Of a DNA stretch of 64,000 nt, positions 30,163-40,634 are shown piece after piece. The notes beneath the pieces are model-generated. The model saw only the letters and a program-made list of their open reading frames with translations. It was not told where the DNA came from and ran no database searches. Position 1 is the stretch's first letter. Every line of letters begins with the position of its first letter. This stretch comes from a bacterium (GTDB taxonomy: Bacteria; UBA8248), in the NCBI GenBank assembly GCA_965219955.1, contig OZ244799.1, forward strand, positions 1,408,001 through 1,472,000, read 5' to 3'. The position numbers and the translations under genes were made by a program.

Positions 30163-30447
30163 TCAAAAAATCTCGATATCAAAATCCAGGATAATCACCA
30201 GCCCCGTTCCCTCAAGGAAATTCAGCACTTTTCTAAGTTGGCTATCTACAAGTCGACAGTCATTGCTCACCACGCAAACGCCGATGCGACATCTCTGCCA
30301 CTTATCCTGGAAACCGACTTCAGCGACAGAAACATTAAAACGCTGACGCAGACGTGTTGTTATCGATTGAACTATCTTGCGTTTTGCTTTGAGCGAGCGG
30401 CACTCGGGAATCTGAACATCGATATTCAAAAGGCCAACGAAAGGCAT
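30163..30447 (-). CDS. DUF503 (YlxP) family protein
   Basis: SLK.KR and FNVSVAEV..QD.WQ; lies between infB and rbfA. Confidence 0.9.
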   Translation of the reverse strand: MPFVGLLNIDVQIPECRSLKAKRKIVQSITTRLRQRFNVSVAEVGFQDKWQRCRIGVCVVSNDCRLVDSQLRKVLNFLEGTGLVIILDFDIEIF

Positions 30448-30490
30448 GGATAGAAAATATCAAAAAAAGCGACACAAGACACAAATCAAC

Positions 30491-32749
30491 TTAAAGCGTC
30501 CGAGATACTTCTTCTGTAATATATGGTTCTATGATATCGCCTTGCTTGATGTCGTTATAATTCTCAATTCCGATTCCACACTCATAACCAGATTGGACCT
30601 CGTTCACATCATCTTTGAACCGCCTCAAAGATGAAATTTTACCCGTATAGATAACTACATTATCCCGGATGAGACGCACACTTGAATTTCTATTGATATT
30701 TCCGTCGATGACATAGCAACCCGCTATCGTCCCCACATTGGGAACATGAAACAGCTCCCGAATTTCCGCGTGCCCGCGGACTATTTCTCGCTGAACGGGC
30801 TCGAGTATTCCTTCAAGAGCCGACTTTATTTCATCGATAGCGTCATAGATGACGGAATATAATCGAATATCTACTTTTTCATGTTTCGCGACTTCCCTGG
30901 CTCCTGGCGTCGGACGAACATTAAAGCCTACGATAACGGCCGCCGAGGCAGCTGCGAGCATCACATCGGTTTCGGTAATACCACCCACCGCACTATGTAA
31001 AACCTTAACTCCTACTTCCTCATTCCCTAACTTGCCCAAGGATTCTTTCAATGCCTCTATGCTTCCCTGCACATCTGCTTTCAAGATTAAACTCAACTCT
31101 TTTACCTGGCCTTCTTCTACACTTTCCATGAAACTTTCCAAAGAAACGCGCGCAGAAGCCATAAGCGCAGCCATTCGTTCACGTTGTTGGCGCCTGGCGC
31201 TTATCTCTCTTGTCATCTTCTCATCTTCTAAAACGGTAAATGTATCACCAGCCTCAGGAACACCGGCGAAACCTAAAATTTCTACTGGCGTAGAAGGGCC
31301 CACAAGCTTCAACTTGCGGCCTTGGTCGTCCAATAGTGCGCGAACTTTGCCACTCCATTTGCCAGCCACGAAATTATCACTCACATTCAAAGTGCCTCGT
31401 TGAACCAAAACCGTAGCCACCGGTCCTCGTCCCCTATCCAACTTCGCCTCAACCACAACACCACTAGCGAGCCGGCTTGGGTTGGCCTTCAACTCCATGA
31501 GTTCAGCCTGCAAAATGGCAAGGTCCAAAAGCTCATCAATTCCGAGATTCTCTTTTGCGGAAATTTCAGAATAAACCGTATCTCCACCCCAATCTTCCGG
31601 GATTAAGTCCAATGTTGAGAGTTGTTGTTTTACCCTGTCGGGATTTGCATCTGCTAAATCCATTTTATTCATCGCCACCATAATCGGAACTCCAGCGGCC
31701 TTCGCATGATCGATCGCCTCTCGAGTTTGGGGCATGACGCCTTCATTCGCCGCTACAACGATGATTACCAAATCTGTCACTTGCGCCCCACGCGCCCTCA
31801 TTGCTGTAAAGGCTTCATGCCCAGGGGTATCTAAAAATACAGCCGTCCCCTTGTCCGAAGTAACTCGATAGGCACCTATATGTTGAGTGATCCCACCAGC
31901 TTCGCCTTCCATCACATTGGCTTTACGGATGGCATCGAGAAGCCTCGTTTTCCCATGATCAACATGACCCATAATTGTTATGACAGGAGCCCTGGGCTGA
32001 AGATCTTCCTCCCTATCCTCTTCCTGAATCAGCAGATCTTCAATATTGTCTTTGGATATTTCAACTTCATAGCCGAAGGTTTCAGATATATTGGTAGCCG
32101 TGTTGTGATCTATCATTTGATTGATAGTTGTCATCTGGCCTTTTTTCATCAATTCCTTGATAACTTCCGTCGCCTTTACATTAATTTTCTCAGCGAGTTC
32201 TTTCACCGTTATCGTCTCTGCAATACGGACGCGCCCTCCATGACGGTGAGGAAGCTTCTCTTTGCTGACATCCCGAGCAATTTGGGGACTTGTTGGTGAT
32301 ATGGCTTCTTTATCATCAGGTGCTGGAGTTGCTTTATCTAAAACCGTTTGTTTATCCGCACTAACCTTTTCTTTTTCCGCGATTGGCTGTTTGTCGACAG
32401 CAGTATCTTCTGGTGCGATAGATGCCTGAACAGTTGCATCTTGAGTGGCAGGAGAAGCTGTTGATTCTTCTTTGGATTCTACATCTTCCAAGCCAGACGC
32501 ACTTGCTTTTTCCGGCTTTTTAGCTTTTGTCTTGGTTGAAGTCTTTTTTTCCGTCTTGCTTACTGGAGCCACTTTCTCCTCTTGAAGTGCTTCTTGAGAA
32601 AAAAGCGCCATTACCAGTTCCGCTGTTTCATCATCCACAGTACTCATATGGCTTTTTACTACGATTCCTTCCCTGGCTAATTCCTCAACAAATGTCCTGC
32701 TGTCATATCCAAGATTTTTAGCCAGTTGGTATACGCGTACGCTCGCCAT
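30491..32749 (-). CDS. infB: Translation initiation factor IF-2
   Basis: [28 protein letters not shown] and SSL.RFKDDV.EV..G.ECG. Confidence 0.98.
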   Translation of the reverse strand: MASVRVYQLAKNLGYDSRTFVEELAREGIVVKSHMSTVDDETAELVMALFSQEALQEEKVAPVSKTEKKTSTKTKAKKPEKASASGLEDVESKEESTASPATQDATVQASIAPEDTAVDKQPIAEKEKVSADKQTVLDKATPAPDDKEAISPTSPQIARDVSKEKLPHRHGGRVRIAETITVKELAEKINVKATEVIKELMKKGQMTTINQMIDHNTATNISETFGYEVEISKDNIEDLLIQEEDREEDLQPRAPVITIMGHVDHGKTRLLDAIRKANVMEGEAGGITQHIGAYRVTSDKGTAVFLDTPGHEAFTAMRARGAQVTDLVIIVVAANEGVMPQTREAIDHAKAAGVPIMVAMNKMDLADANPDRVKQQLSTLDLIPEDWGGDTVYSEISAKENLGIDELLDLAILQAELMELKANPSRLASGVVVEAKLDRGRGPVATVLVQRGTLNVSDNFVAGKWSGKVRALLDDQGRKLKLVGPSTPVEILGFAGVPEAGDTFTVLEDEKMTREISARRQQRERMAALMASARVSLESFMESVEEGQVKELSLILKADVQGSIEALKESLGKLGNEEVGVKVLHSAVGGITETDVMLAAASAAVIVGFNVRPTPGAREVAKHEKVDIRLYSVIYDAIDEIKSALEGILEPVQREIVRGHAEIRELFHVPNVGTIAGCYVIDGNINRNSSVRLIRDNVVIYTGKISSLRRFKDDVNEVQSGYECGIGIENYNDIKQGDIIEPYITEEVSRTL

Positions 32750-32828
32750 AAAACCTCCACTGCAGATTATTCACATCCATTATCCAACGAAAAGCAAATC
32801 GAAGAAGAACCTCGAGCCATATCCTACT

Positions 32829-33392
32829 TTAACCATTACTCATTGCTCGTTCATGCATCAAGCGCAAGCGGATACTATCCATCAGAAGAGGCTCACTGAC
32901 AAATAACACGCCAAACGGTTTTCGACTCAAAAATTCTCCAAGTTCGTTCATAGAAAAAGGCAGAATATAAAATTCTTCCGACATGCGTTTCAAGCTCATC
33001 AAAATTTTTGGGGATATGTCCTTGGAAACAAAAGGCGTCCCCATTTTCGAGAACTTTATCTTCTTGAATACTTCCTCTTTTCCAATGGCAAGTACTCCTT
33101 TTGCTTTAGAAGCAATCAACATGCCCTCGAGGTTTCGTCTCAGAAGCATTCTCACATTTCGGCTCAATTCGTCCGAACCAATCCTAAAATTCCTTCTTTT
33201 CAACGCAATTTCCAGGCGATTCGAAGAAACAAGCTTTGAAATGCAATTCATGTCAAAGCAACAATGCGCCCCTCTTCCCGGCAATTTTCTTCCTAGTTCG
33301 CAAACGATCTTCCCTTCCGGGCCGATTACCATTCTAAAAAAATTATTCGCATTTCCTTTATTCCGACAAGCTATACATGTTCTATCTGGCAA
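32829..33392 (-). CDS. YlxR/DUF448 domain fused to an L7Ae/YlxQ-like domain
   Basis: P.RTC..CR...GRGA..C....C at the N-terminus and a degenerate C-terminal 'G....G...V...ELG....K'; lies between nusA and infB. Confidence 0.75.
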   Translation of the reverse strand: MPDRTCIACRNKGNANNFFRMVIGPEGKIVCELGRKLPGRGAHCCFDMNCISKLVSSNRLEIALKRRNFRIGSDELSRNVRMLLRRNLEGMLIASKAKGVLAIGKEEVFKKIKFSKMGTPFVSKDISPKILMSLKRMSEEFYILPFSMNELGEFLSRKPFGVLFVSEPLLMDSIRLRLMHERAMSNG

Positions 33393-33407
33393 ACATTCAT
33401 TCCTTCA

Positions 33408-34757
33408 TCAGTCCTCATCGGACTCCGGGCCAGTGGATTTCTCATGAGTTCGAGCTGCTTCGATCAGCAACTCGGCCCTTTTCGGACCAATCCCGGGAAC
33501 TTCACACAATTCATCCGTCGATGCCGCGCTAATCGCCGCAATCGTAGAAAAACCATTGTCAGCCAAAAGCCGCGCCATTTTCTCACCAACAAGCTCTAGT
33601 TCTATCAATTCGCTGGAAGAGTCTGCATCAGCATCCGTTGGTCGAATACTCTCATCCTGCTCTTCCACGCCAGCAACATTCTCTTGGCGATCATCGCTCG
33701 AGAATGCCTGCTCGGCGATGATTCGTCGATATTCACCCTCACCTTTCAAATCAATTTTCCAGCCCAGGAGTTTAGCCGCCAAGCGAACATTCTGGCCGCC
33801 TTTCCCAATTGCTAGAGAGAGTTGATCGTCAGGCACCAACACCTCCATTCGGCCTTCGTCTTCAAACAAAGTGATGTGCTGTATCTTGGCGGGACTGAGC
33901 GCATTTGCAGCATATGTGCGTATATCGTCGTTCCAAGAGATGATATCGATCTTCTCTCCCCTGAGTTCTTGAACAATCGATTGCACACGGCTTCCACGTG
34001 TCCCTACACATGCGCCTACGGGATCTATGTCTCGCTCATGACTTACAACAGAAACTTTTGAACGTCCACTTGGCTCTCGGACGCAACCTTTTATAGCCAC
34101 TATGCCGTCGTAAATTTCGGGTACTTCCATCTCAAATAGCCGAATCAGCAAACCAGGATGTGTCCTACTGAGAACAATTTGAGGACCTTTTGTTATTTCC
34201 CGCACCTCCATAATATAAGCGCGGATACGATCTCCCCGCTTATAGACTTCTCTAAATATTTGCTCCCGACGAGGGAGGATCGCCTCTGTGCGCCCTATAT
34301 CTACATAAATATTCCCGCGCTCTACCTGAGAGACAGACCCCGTAATCAAATCGCCTTCACGCTCCTTGAACTCCTGGTATATATTCGCACGCTCTGCTTC
34401 TCTGACTCGCTGCAATATAACTTGCTTCGCTATTTGCGCTGCTATCCTGCCCAGCCCCTCGGTCTCGACACCCTGCGAAAGAAAATCCCCAACTTGAATA
34501 TCAGGATTTTCCTTTCGTGCTTCATCTAAAAGGATTTCACTCTGAGGGTTCTGAACAATCCTGACGACTTCTTTCGCTGCTTTGACGTCAATTTCACCAG
34601 TTTGTTCATCAAATGATACGTCCACATTTTTTCCCAAACCGTATTGCTTCTTCGCAGCTGACGCCATTGCGATTTTTAGCGTGTCTAGCAGCACATCTTT
34701 GGAGACACCTCGCTCGCGTTCCAATTGTGTCAGGACCGCAATCAATTCTTGACTCAC
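33408..34757 (-). CDS. nusA: Transcription termination factor NusA
   Basis: GRIAAQ.AKQ, EVPEI, DPVGACVG.RG.R, SLAIGK.GQNVRLA and a C-terminal HhH. Confidence 0.97.
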   Translation of the reverse strand: MSQELIAVLTQLERERGVSKDVLLDTLKIAMASAAKKQYGLGKNVDVSFDEQTGEIDVKAAKEVVRIVQNPQSEILLDEARKENPDIQVGDFLSQGVETEGLGRIAAQIAKQVILQRVREAERANIYQEFKEREGDLITGSVSQVERGNIYVDIGRTEAILPRREQIFREVYKRGDRIRAYIMEVREITKGPQIVLSRTHPGLLIRLFEMEVPEIYDGIVAIKGCVREPSGRSKVSVVSHERDIDPVGACVGTRGSRVQSIVQELRGEKIDIISWNDDIRTYAANALSPAKIQHITLFEDEGRMEVLVPDDQLSLAIGKGGQNVRLAAKLLGWKIDLKGEGEYRRIIAEQAFSSDDRQENVAGVEEQDESIRPTDADADSSSELIELELVGEKMARLLADNGFSTIAAISAASTDELCEVPGIGPKRAELLIEAARTHEKSTGPESDED

Positions 34758-34790
34758 AAAACCACTCCTCCATCATGGATTGAGTTGACT

Positions 34791-35291
34791 CTACACTGTA
34801 TTCCCCATGCTTTGAAATTCTTTATCCCAATCCACATCCAAGTTCGCTTTTGCAATATCAGCCAGTGAAAATGAAGCTTTCTCCCCATTCTTTGATGAAA
34901 TAATATGAATCATATTGTCATCAACCTCGACTATCTTCCCTACAATTCGCCTCTTTCCTTCCTTCTTGCTTTTAAGACGAATGCGCACCCGATGCCCGAT
35001 ATAGCGCTCAAAATCCCGGACTTTTCGAAGAGGCCTTTCGATGCCAGGGCTCGATATCTCGAGGCGATAAGAATTTTCAATGACGTTTTTGTCATCGAAA
35101 AATTCTCCGAGTCTCCGGCTCACGGCTACACAATCAGAAAGAAGGATACCTTCTGGCTTTTGAATAAATATCCGAATGAGCTGTTGGCTACGGTTACCGG
35201 TCAGTTCAATGTCAACCAATTCATACCCTAGGCCAGAAACCACCTCCTGGGCGATAGTCCATATTTGAGAGTCAACATCAATTGACACCAT
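34791..35291 (-). CDS. rimP: Ribosome maturation factor RimP
   Basis: DC..VSR and Y.LE.SSPG.ERPL. Confidence 0.95.
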   Translation of the reverse strand: MVSIDVDSQIWTIAQEVVSGLGYELVDIELTGNRSQQLIRIFIQKPEGILLSDCVAVSRRLGEFFDDKNVIENSYRLEISSPGIERPLRKVRDFERYIGHRVRIRLKSKKEGKRRIVGKIVEVDDNMIHIISSKNGEKASFSLADIAKANLDVDWDKEFQSMGNTV

Positions 35292-35313
35292 AAACTCTAT
35301 TCCGAGAGTGAAT

Positions 35314-35343
35314 AAAAAAATGGGCCATCAATTGACCCACTTG
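35314..35343 (-). promoter_or_regulatory. rimP leader attenuator hairpin
   Basis: The minus strand reads GTGGGTCAATTGATGGCCCA followed by a T run, about 20 nt before the rimP start. This matches the known GGGc...gCCC rimP-leader terminator. Confidence 0.7.
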
Positions 35344-35603
35344 CTCAACAGCCAAAATCATGAACACTTTAATCGTCATTCGAGTAAAGCGCAAGTGGAA
35401 TAGCTTCTTTTTAGAACACCAGCGCATTCTTGCCCGAAGAAATGCGACGTGCTAGATTCTGCCAAATTGAGCGGATAAACAATCTTGAAACAAAATGATC
35501 GACGAATCAGTTTTGCGCTTTCTCTAAAATAAACCCGGTGTGGCCTTGACCAGAGAATTCCGCCTCCTGGTTGGAGTGCAATCATCAGTGAAGAGGTAAA
35601 TCC

Positions 35604-36575
35604 ATGATTCGATTGACAAAGGTCAAGGCCTTTTGGATTTACGAAACGATGGTTCGCATTCGCAGGTTCGAGGAGCGTTCCATCGAGTTATTTCAGGCAG
35701 GAGAATTGCCGGGCTTCCTTCACGCCTATATCGGCGAGGAAGCTGTCGCTGCCGGGGTTTGTGCTCACCTGACTCCTAAAGACCAAATCACATCTACACA
35801 CCGAGGTCATGGGCACATGATCGCCAAGGGGCTCCAATATGAAGGCATGTTCGCCGAGTTGTACGCCCGCGCGACCGGCTATTGCAAAGGAAAAGGAGGA
35901 TCGATGCACATCGCCGATCAGGACCTGGGAGTCTTGGGGGCGAATGGCATTGTGGGCGGTGGGATCCCCATAGCCGCCGGCGCCGCCTTGGGGCTTCGAT
36001 TGAAAGGAGAAAAACACGTCGCTGTCAGTTTCTTCGGCGACGGAGCCAGCAACGAAGGCGCATTCCATGAGGGTATCAACATTGCCGCCACCTGGAAGCT
36101 GCCTGCTGTGTTTGTCTGCGAGAACAACGGATTTGCCGAAAGCACGCCTCGCGCTGATCATCAGGCGGTTCAGGATATCGCCGATCGAGCTAAAGCTTAC
36201 GGCATGCCTGGAATCGTTGTCGATGGCATGGACCCCCAAGCAGTATATGAAGTGGCGGGCGAAGCGATTGCGCGCGCCCGCAAAGGAGGGGGACCCACGC
36301 TGATCGAAGCGAAAACAATGCGGTTTTTGGGCCATTACGTGGGCGACCCCGGCACCGCTTACGGGCACGACAAAGAGGTGGGCAAGTGGCTCAAACGCGA
36401 CCCGATCATCACGTTTGCAGAAATACTCGTGAAGAAAAAATGGTTGAACAAGAACCGTATCGACGCCATCCATGCGAAAGTGAACGAAGAGATGGAAGAG
36501 GCCATCGAATTCGCCCGGAAAAGCCCGGAGCCCGAGCTTGGTGACGCCATGACGGATATCTACGCGTCCGTTTAG
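35604..36575 (+). CDS. ThDP-dependent dehydrogenase E1 alpha (AcoA/PdhA-like)
   Basis: G.LH..IG.EA, STHRGHGH, GKGGSMH, GDGA.N.G..HE..N and R..GH..GD. Confidence 0.92.
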   Translation: MIRLTKVKAFWIYETMVRIRRFEERSIELFQAGELPGFLHAYIGEEAVAAGVCAHLTPKDQITSTHRGHGHMIAKGLQYEGMFAELYARATGYCKGKGGSMHIADQDLGVLGANGIVGGGIPIAAGAALGLRLKGEKHVAVSFFGDGASNEGAFHEGINIAATWKLPAVFVCENNGFAESTPRADHQAVQDIADRAKAYGMPGIVVDGMDPQAVYEVAGEAIARARKGGGPTLIEAKTMRFLGHYVGDPGTAYGHDKEVGKWLKRDPIITFAEILVKKKWLNKNRIDAIHAKVNEEMEEAIEFARKSPEPELGDAMTDIYASV

Positions 36576-36584
36576 GAAAAGGAA

Positions 36585-37565
36585 ATGCGCGAGATTTTAT
36601 ACCGGGAAGCCATTATCGAGGCCCTGGATGAGGAAATGGCGAGAGATGGCTCGGTTTTTCTGCTCGGTGAGGATATCGCCGAATTCGGCGGCTCATACAA
36701 GACGACCGTGGGTCTTTTGGAGAAATATGGCGCCGAGCGGGTGAGAAACACGCCCATCTCCGAGCAAGGCATCATCGGCACGGCCCTTGGGTCGGCGCTC
36801 GTAGGCATGCGCCCCGTGGCGGAGTTGATGTATATCGATTTTTCCGCCGTCGCCATGGATCAAATCGTCAACCAGGTCGCCAAGGTACGCTATATGTTTG
36901 GCGGGAAAGCGAACACCTCGCTCGTCATCAGAACCCAGGGCGGCGCAGGGCGAAGTTCCGCTGCCCAGCACGCACAAAGCCTGGAAGCGTGGTTCGTCCA
37001 CGTGCCGGGACTCAAAGTGGTCATGCCCTCCAGCGCACGAGACGCCAAAGGTCTCCTGAAAGCAGCCATCAGGGATGACGACCCGGTTTTCTTCATCGAA
37101 CACAAACTCCTTTACCTGGAAAGAGGTGCTGTTTCCGAAGAAGAGGAGATCATCCCCATCGGCGTAGCCGAGGTGAAAAGAGAGGGGAGCGATCTCACCA
37201 TCGTCGCCACCTCTTCGATGGTCGGAAAATCGCTCGCCGCGGCAAGAGAACTTGAAAAAGAGGGCGTAAGCTGCGAGGTCATCGACCCCAGAACGCTTTT
37301 CCCTCTGGATACGGAGACGATTCTCGCCTCCGTCCGTAAGACGGGACGGCTCCTCATCACCCATGAGGCGGTGCAGCGGTGTGGGTGGGGTGCGGAAATC
37401 GCCGCCTTGGCCGCCAAGGACGCTTTTGACTACCTCGACGCGCCCATTGAGCGCGTCTGCGCCAAGGAAACGCCGGTGCCCTTTTCTCCCAAACTCGAAT
37501 CCTATGTCATACCCGATCAAGATGACGTGATCGCCGGGGTTCGTGGTATGTTAGAGATGGTGTAA
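36585..37565 (+). CDS. 2-oxoacid/acetoin dehydrogenase E1 beta
   Basis: GED, TPISE..I.G, AAQH.QS.E and DPVFF.EHK. Confidence 0.92.
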   Translation: MREILYREAIIEALDEEMARDGSVFLLGEDIAEFGGSYKTTVGLLEKYGAERVRNTPISEQGIIGTALGSALVGMRPVAELMYIDFSAVAMDQIVNQVAKVRYMFGGKANTSLVIRTQGGAGRSSAAQHAQSLEAWFVHVPGLKVVMPSSARDAKGLLKAAIRDDDPVFFIEHKLLYLERGAVSEEEEIIPIGVAEVKREGSDLTIVATSSMVGKSLAAARELEKEGVSCEVIDPRTLFPLDTETILASVRKTGRLLITHEAVQRCGWGAEIAALAAKDAFDYLDAPIERVCAKETPVPFSPKLESYVIPDQDDVIAGVRGMLEMV

Positions 37566-37601
37566 TTCCACAACACTTCCAATCATTAGGAGCAAAGATT
37601 C

Positions 37602-38855
37602 ATGGCCACCCCTCTCCCGATGCCCAAGCTCGGCCTTACCATGGAAGAAGGAACTATCCTCAAGTGGCGAAAAGGCGAGGGTGAAGCGGTCGAAAAAGGC
37701 GAGATCATCCTCGACATCCAGACAGACAAGGTTGAGTACGAGGTCGAATCGCCGGACGGCGGCCTCCTGCTCAAAACACTGGCGGGAGAAGGCGACGTCG
37801 TTCCCTGCGGCACGGACATCGCCGTCATCGGCGAAGAGGGAGAGAACATCAGCGGTTTTGGAAGTGCGCCCGCCAAGGCCCCGGTAGAGACTGAATCCGA
37901 GGCAGCGGAGGCACTCCCGACGCCACCACCCGCACCCTCAAAAACTGCCCCTGCTCCGGCGGCCCCCGTGGCGGCGCAACCTGCTCGCACTGGCCGTATT
38001 TTCGCCAGTCCGGCCGCCAGGCGCGTGGCCCGCGAGTTGGGCATCGACTTCCGCACCCTCAAGGGCTCGGGTCCCGGCGGCAGAATCGTGCAGGCCGACG
38101 TGAGAGCGGCTGCGGCATCAGGCATTCCTGCCGCCGTGACGGCTGCTGCGAGCGGCCCCGCGGCCGTGGCGGGCTCAACGCCCCTGGCGGGGATGCGGAA
38201 AATCATTGCCGAGCGCATGCTCTCCAGCTGGTCCCAAGTGCCGCGCATCACGATGCAGGCCGAGGTGGACCTCACCAACCTCCTCGCCGTACGCGAGGCC
38301 AGCCGCCAGGCGTGGGAAAACGACCTCGGCGTCAAGGTGTCCATCAACGATCTCATCCTCTTCTACACCGCCCGCGCCGTGCGCCGCTGTCCGGCCGTGA
38401 ACGTCCGTCTCACCGAAAACGCACTGGAGCAAATGCAGGACGTGAACATCGGGGTGGCCGTAGCCGTCGAGCAGGGACTGATGGTGCCCGTCATCCGGGG
38501 CGCCGACCAGAAATCCATCGACGCCATTTCGCGCGAGTCGCAGGCGCTGGCCGAAGCGGCCCGCGCGGGCGCCCTGGGCCTCGATGCGCTCGAGGGCGGC
38601 ACCTTCACGGTCTCGAATCTGGGGGCGTACGGGGTCGATCACTTCAGCGCCATCATCAACCACCCCGAATCCGCCATCCTATCGGTGGGCGCGGCGCGAG
38701 AGCGCGCCGTCGTGCGAAACGGCGAGGTCGTCGCCCGGACGACGGCCTTCGTCGGCATCAACGCCGACCACCGCGTGGTGGACGGCGCGCCGGCGGCCGA
38801 ATTCCTTTCCACCCTCAAAGAGATGCTCGAACACCCCAAGGTGATGCCTGCATAA
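37602..38855 (+). CDS. Dihydrolipoamide acyltransferase E2
   Basis: Lipoyl motif TDK, E3-binding motif ASP.ARR.A...G and catalytic DHRVVDG. Confidence 0.93.
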   Translation: MATPLPMPKLGLTMEEGTILKWRKGEGEAVEKGEIILDIQTDKVEYEVESPDGGLLLKTLAGEGDVVPCGTDIAVIGEEGENISGFGSAPAKAPVETESEAAEALPTPPPAPSKTAPAPAAPVAAQPARTGRIFASPAARRVARELGIDFRTLKGSGPGGRIVQADVRAAAASGIPAAVTAAASGPAAVAGSTPLAGMRKIIAERMLSSWSQVPRITMQAEVDLTNLLAVREASRQAWENDLGVKVSINDLILFYTARAVRRCPAVNVRLTENALEQMQDVNIGVAVAVEQGLMVPVIRGADQKSIDAISRESQALAEAARAGALGLDALEGGTFTVSNLGAYGVDHFSAIINHPESAILSVGAARERAVVRNGEVVARTTAFVGINADHRVVDGAPAAEFLSTLKEMLEHPKVMPA

Positions 38856-38919
38856 AGCTTTATATCGTTGAATATCAGTACCATTAAGCGTCTTATTCAA
38901 GCTTGTTCGAGCTTATTTA

Positions 38920-39190
38920 TTTATCGCAAAACCTCGTGAATTTATCCAATTTTATCGAATTTTTCGGAAATTCCCCGACGGCCCCTATCCGGGTTCGATA
39001 GCGGTTCGCCGAACCTGGGAGAGGCCGATCGTCCCGGCTGAAAAAGTAGCTGCGCCTCCGAGCCGATGCCGAATCGTCCTTCCATTTTCTCCCCCTGCTC
39101 CCATCCATGAGAACACGCGCTGTCGCGCGAGGGATTCTCGCCCATCCCGACGAAAAACCGCAGGCGGCAAATGCGGGGAAATGCGCGCGT
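38920..39190. repeat. Inverted partner of the 20453-20602 phased-GATAA element
   Basis: TTATC at 38921, 38942 and 38952. GGCGGCAAATGCGGGGAAATGCGCGC at about 39163 also occurs at about 20748. Confidence 0.65.
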
Positions 39191-39502
39191 GATCGCGGGC
39201 GCATGGACGAGTGGATTCCCGATCTTTCGAAGCGCGCGGGCGGCGCGTGATACCCGCTTCGGCCGATGAACGAGAGTTCCCGTTTTTCCGGAAATTGCGA
39301 AGCGATGCTTTCCGGCATCCAGGGCGGAACAACCACGCCGCATTGATCAACACAATCCTCCCTCCCCGCTCGGGATTCACCCCGTTTCCCTGCCCTCGCC
39401 TCGTGTTGTATGATTATTTATATTGAGGCGCGCGCTCAGTTGCGGCCCATGATTCGAGAATAACCGCCCCCCGGCGACGCCGGGTCAATCAGGAGACAGG
39501 CA

Positions 39503-39913
39503 ATGGCCGAGACAGTTCGTGAAGTACCCTACTATTACATGACCGCATCGAATAAGCCGGGAGAGGGCGCCGTCCTCGCCTCCATGTTGAAGGATGCCGG
39601 CGTCAGCCTGCTGGCGGTGCACGCCTTCCCCGAGCGCAGGCGCGTTCAGGTCGACATCGTGCCCGAAGACGCGCGCGCCTTCACCTCCTTCGCGCGCAAG
39701 GCGAAGATCAAGCTCAGCCCGCGGAAAAAGGCTTTCCTCGTCGAGGGCACGGACCGCACGGGAGCGCTGCTGCCGATTTTCACCAAGCTCGGTGACGCCG
39801 GCATCAACATCACCGCCATCACGGCCATCGCCGCGGGCAGGAAGCGCTACGGGGCCATCTTCTGGGTGAATCCCAAGGATCACCGCAGGGCCAAGAGAGT
39901 GCTGGGGGCGTAG
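39503..39913 (+). CDS. Tandem ACT-domain protein
   Basis: NKPG.GA.....L..AGV.L and DR.G.L......L..AGINI. Confidence 0.75.
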   Translation: MAETVREVPYYYMTASNKPGEGAVLASMLKDAGVSLLAVHAFPERRRVQVDIVPEDARAFTSFARKAKIKLSPRKKAFLVEGTDRTGALLPIFTKLGDAGINITAITAIAAGRKRYGAIFWVNPKDHRRAKRVLGA

Positions 39914-39946
39914 CCGGCCGCGATTGAACAGGTAAGGCTTGTTGCT

Positions 39947-39974
39947 GTAGGGGCGGTTCGCGAACCGCCCCTAC
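39947..39974. repeat. Solo REP-A palindrome
   Basis: GTAGGGGCGGTTCGCGAACCGCCCCTAC between convergent genes, identical to the copies at 1350 and 6811. Confidence 0.85.
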
Positions 39975-40052
39975 GGTTTTTTATACACCCCTCACTTTGC
40001 CCCGGAAACGGGTCGCAGGTATGCGGCTCAGACGAAGAATCCCGCGCGCTCA

Positions 40053-40520
40053 TTACCCCAACGCCAGCTCCATGAAGAGCGCGCCCTGAATGGGGTTCTC
40101 GGTATACGGGTCTATCTCCACAAAACCCATCGAGCGGTAAAGCGCGATGGCCTCTTGCATGGAGGGCAGCGTATCGAGGCGCATCGCGGCGTAGCCCATC
40201 GCCCGCGCCTCCCGGACGACCTCCTCCGCACACCTTCTCCCCAGGCCGCGTCCCCTGAAACCGGGCCTTAGATAAAGCCGCTTCATCTCGCAGATTCCGC
40301 CGCCCAAATCCCGAAGGGCGACGCCGCCCGCAGTATTATCTCCTGCGAGCAACAAGAAAAACCTCCCGCCCGGCGGGCCGTACATCCGCTCCAGGGTCTC
40401 GACTTCCTCCTCGAAACCCTGAAAGCACAGATCCACCTCGCTCGCGGCCTCATATTCACGCAGCAGGGTTCGAGCCTCCCGGTAGTCTTCTTCCGTCCGC
40501 GCGATGATGAATTCAGGCAT
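40053..40520 (-). CDS. GNAT family N-acetyltransferase
   Basis: LCFQ.FE.E, CEMKRLY.RP..RG.GLG and LDTL..M..A..LY..MGF. Confidence 0.9.
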   Translation of the reverse strand: MPEFIIARTEEDYREARTLLREYEAASEVDLCFQGFEEEVETLERMYGPPGGRFFLLLAGDNTAGGVALRDLGGGICEMKRLYLRPGFRGRGLGRRCAEEVVREARAMGYAAMRLDTLPSMQEAIALYRSMGFVEIDPYTENPIQGALFMELALG

Positions 40521-40634
40521 TTCGACGCCTCCTCACGCCCATCCTATAGCGAGTGAGGGCAAACCTGCACGTCCGCCCCAAAGTTCCTCGCTCTGAATAG
40601 CTCCTCCCCCACAAGCGCGCGGAAACCCCGGCGT

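Noticed and set aside
21900-37600. Prophage or classical genomic island
   Set aside because: There is no integrase, phage gene, tRNA target or sharp boundary, and the content is core housekeeping genes.
26200-39000. dif site or replication origin explaining the low-GC valley
   Set aside because: I found no convincing XerC/XerD 28-mer. The TTATC boxes only partly resemble DnaA boxes, and there is no dnaA/dnaN context.
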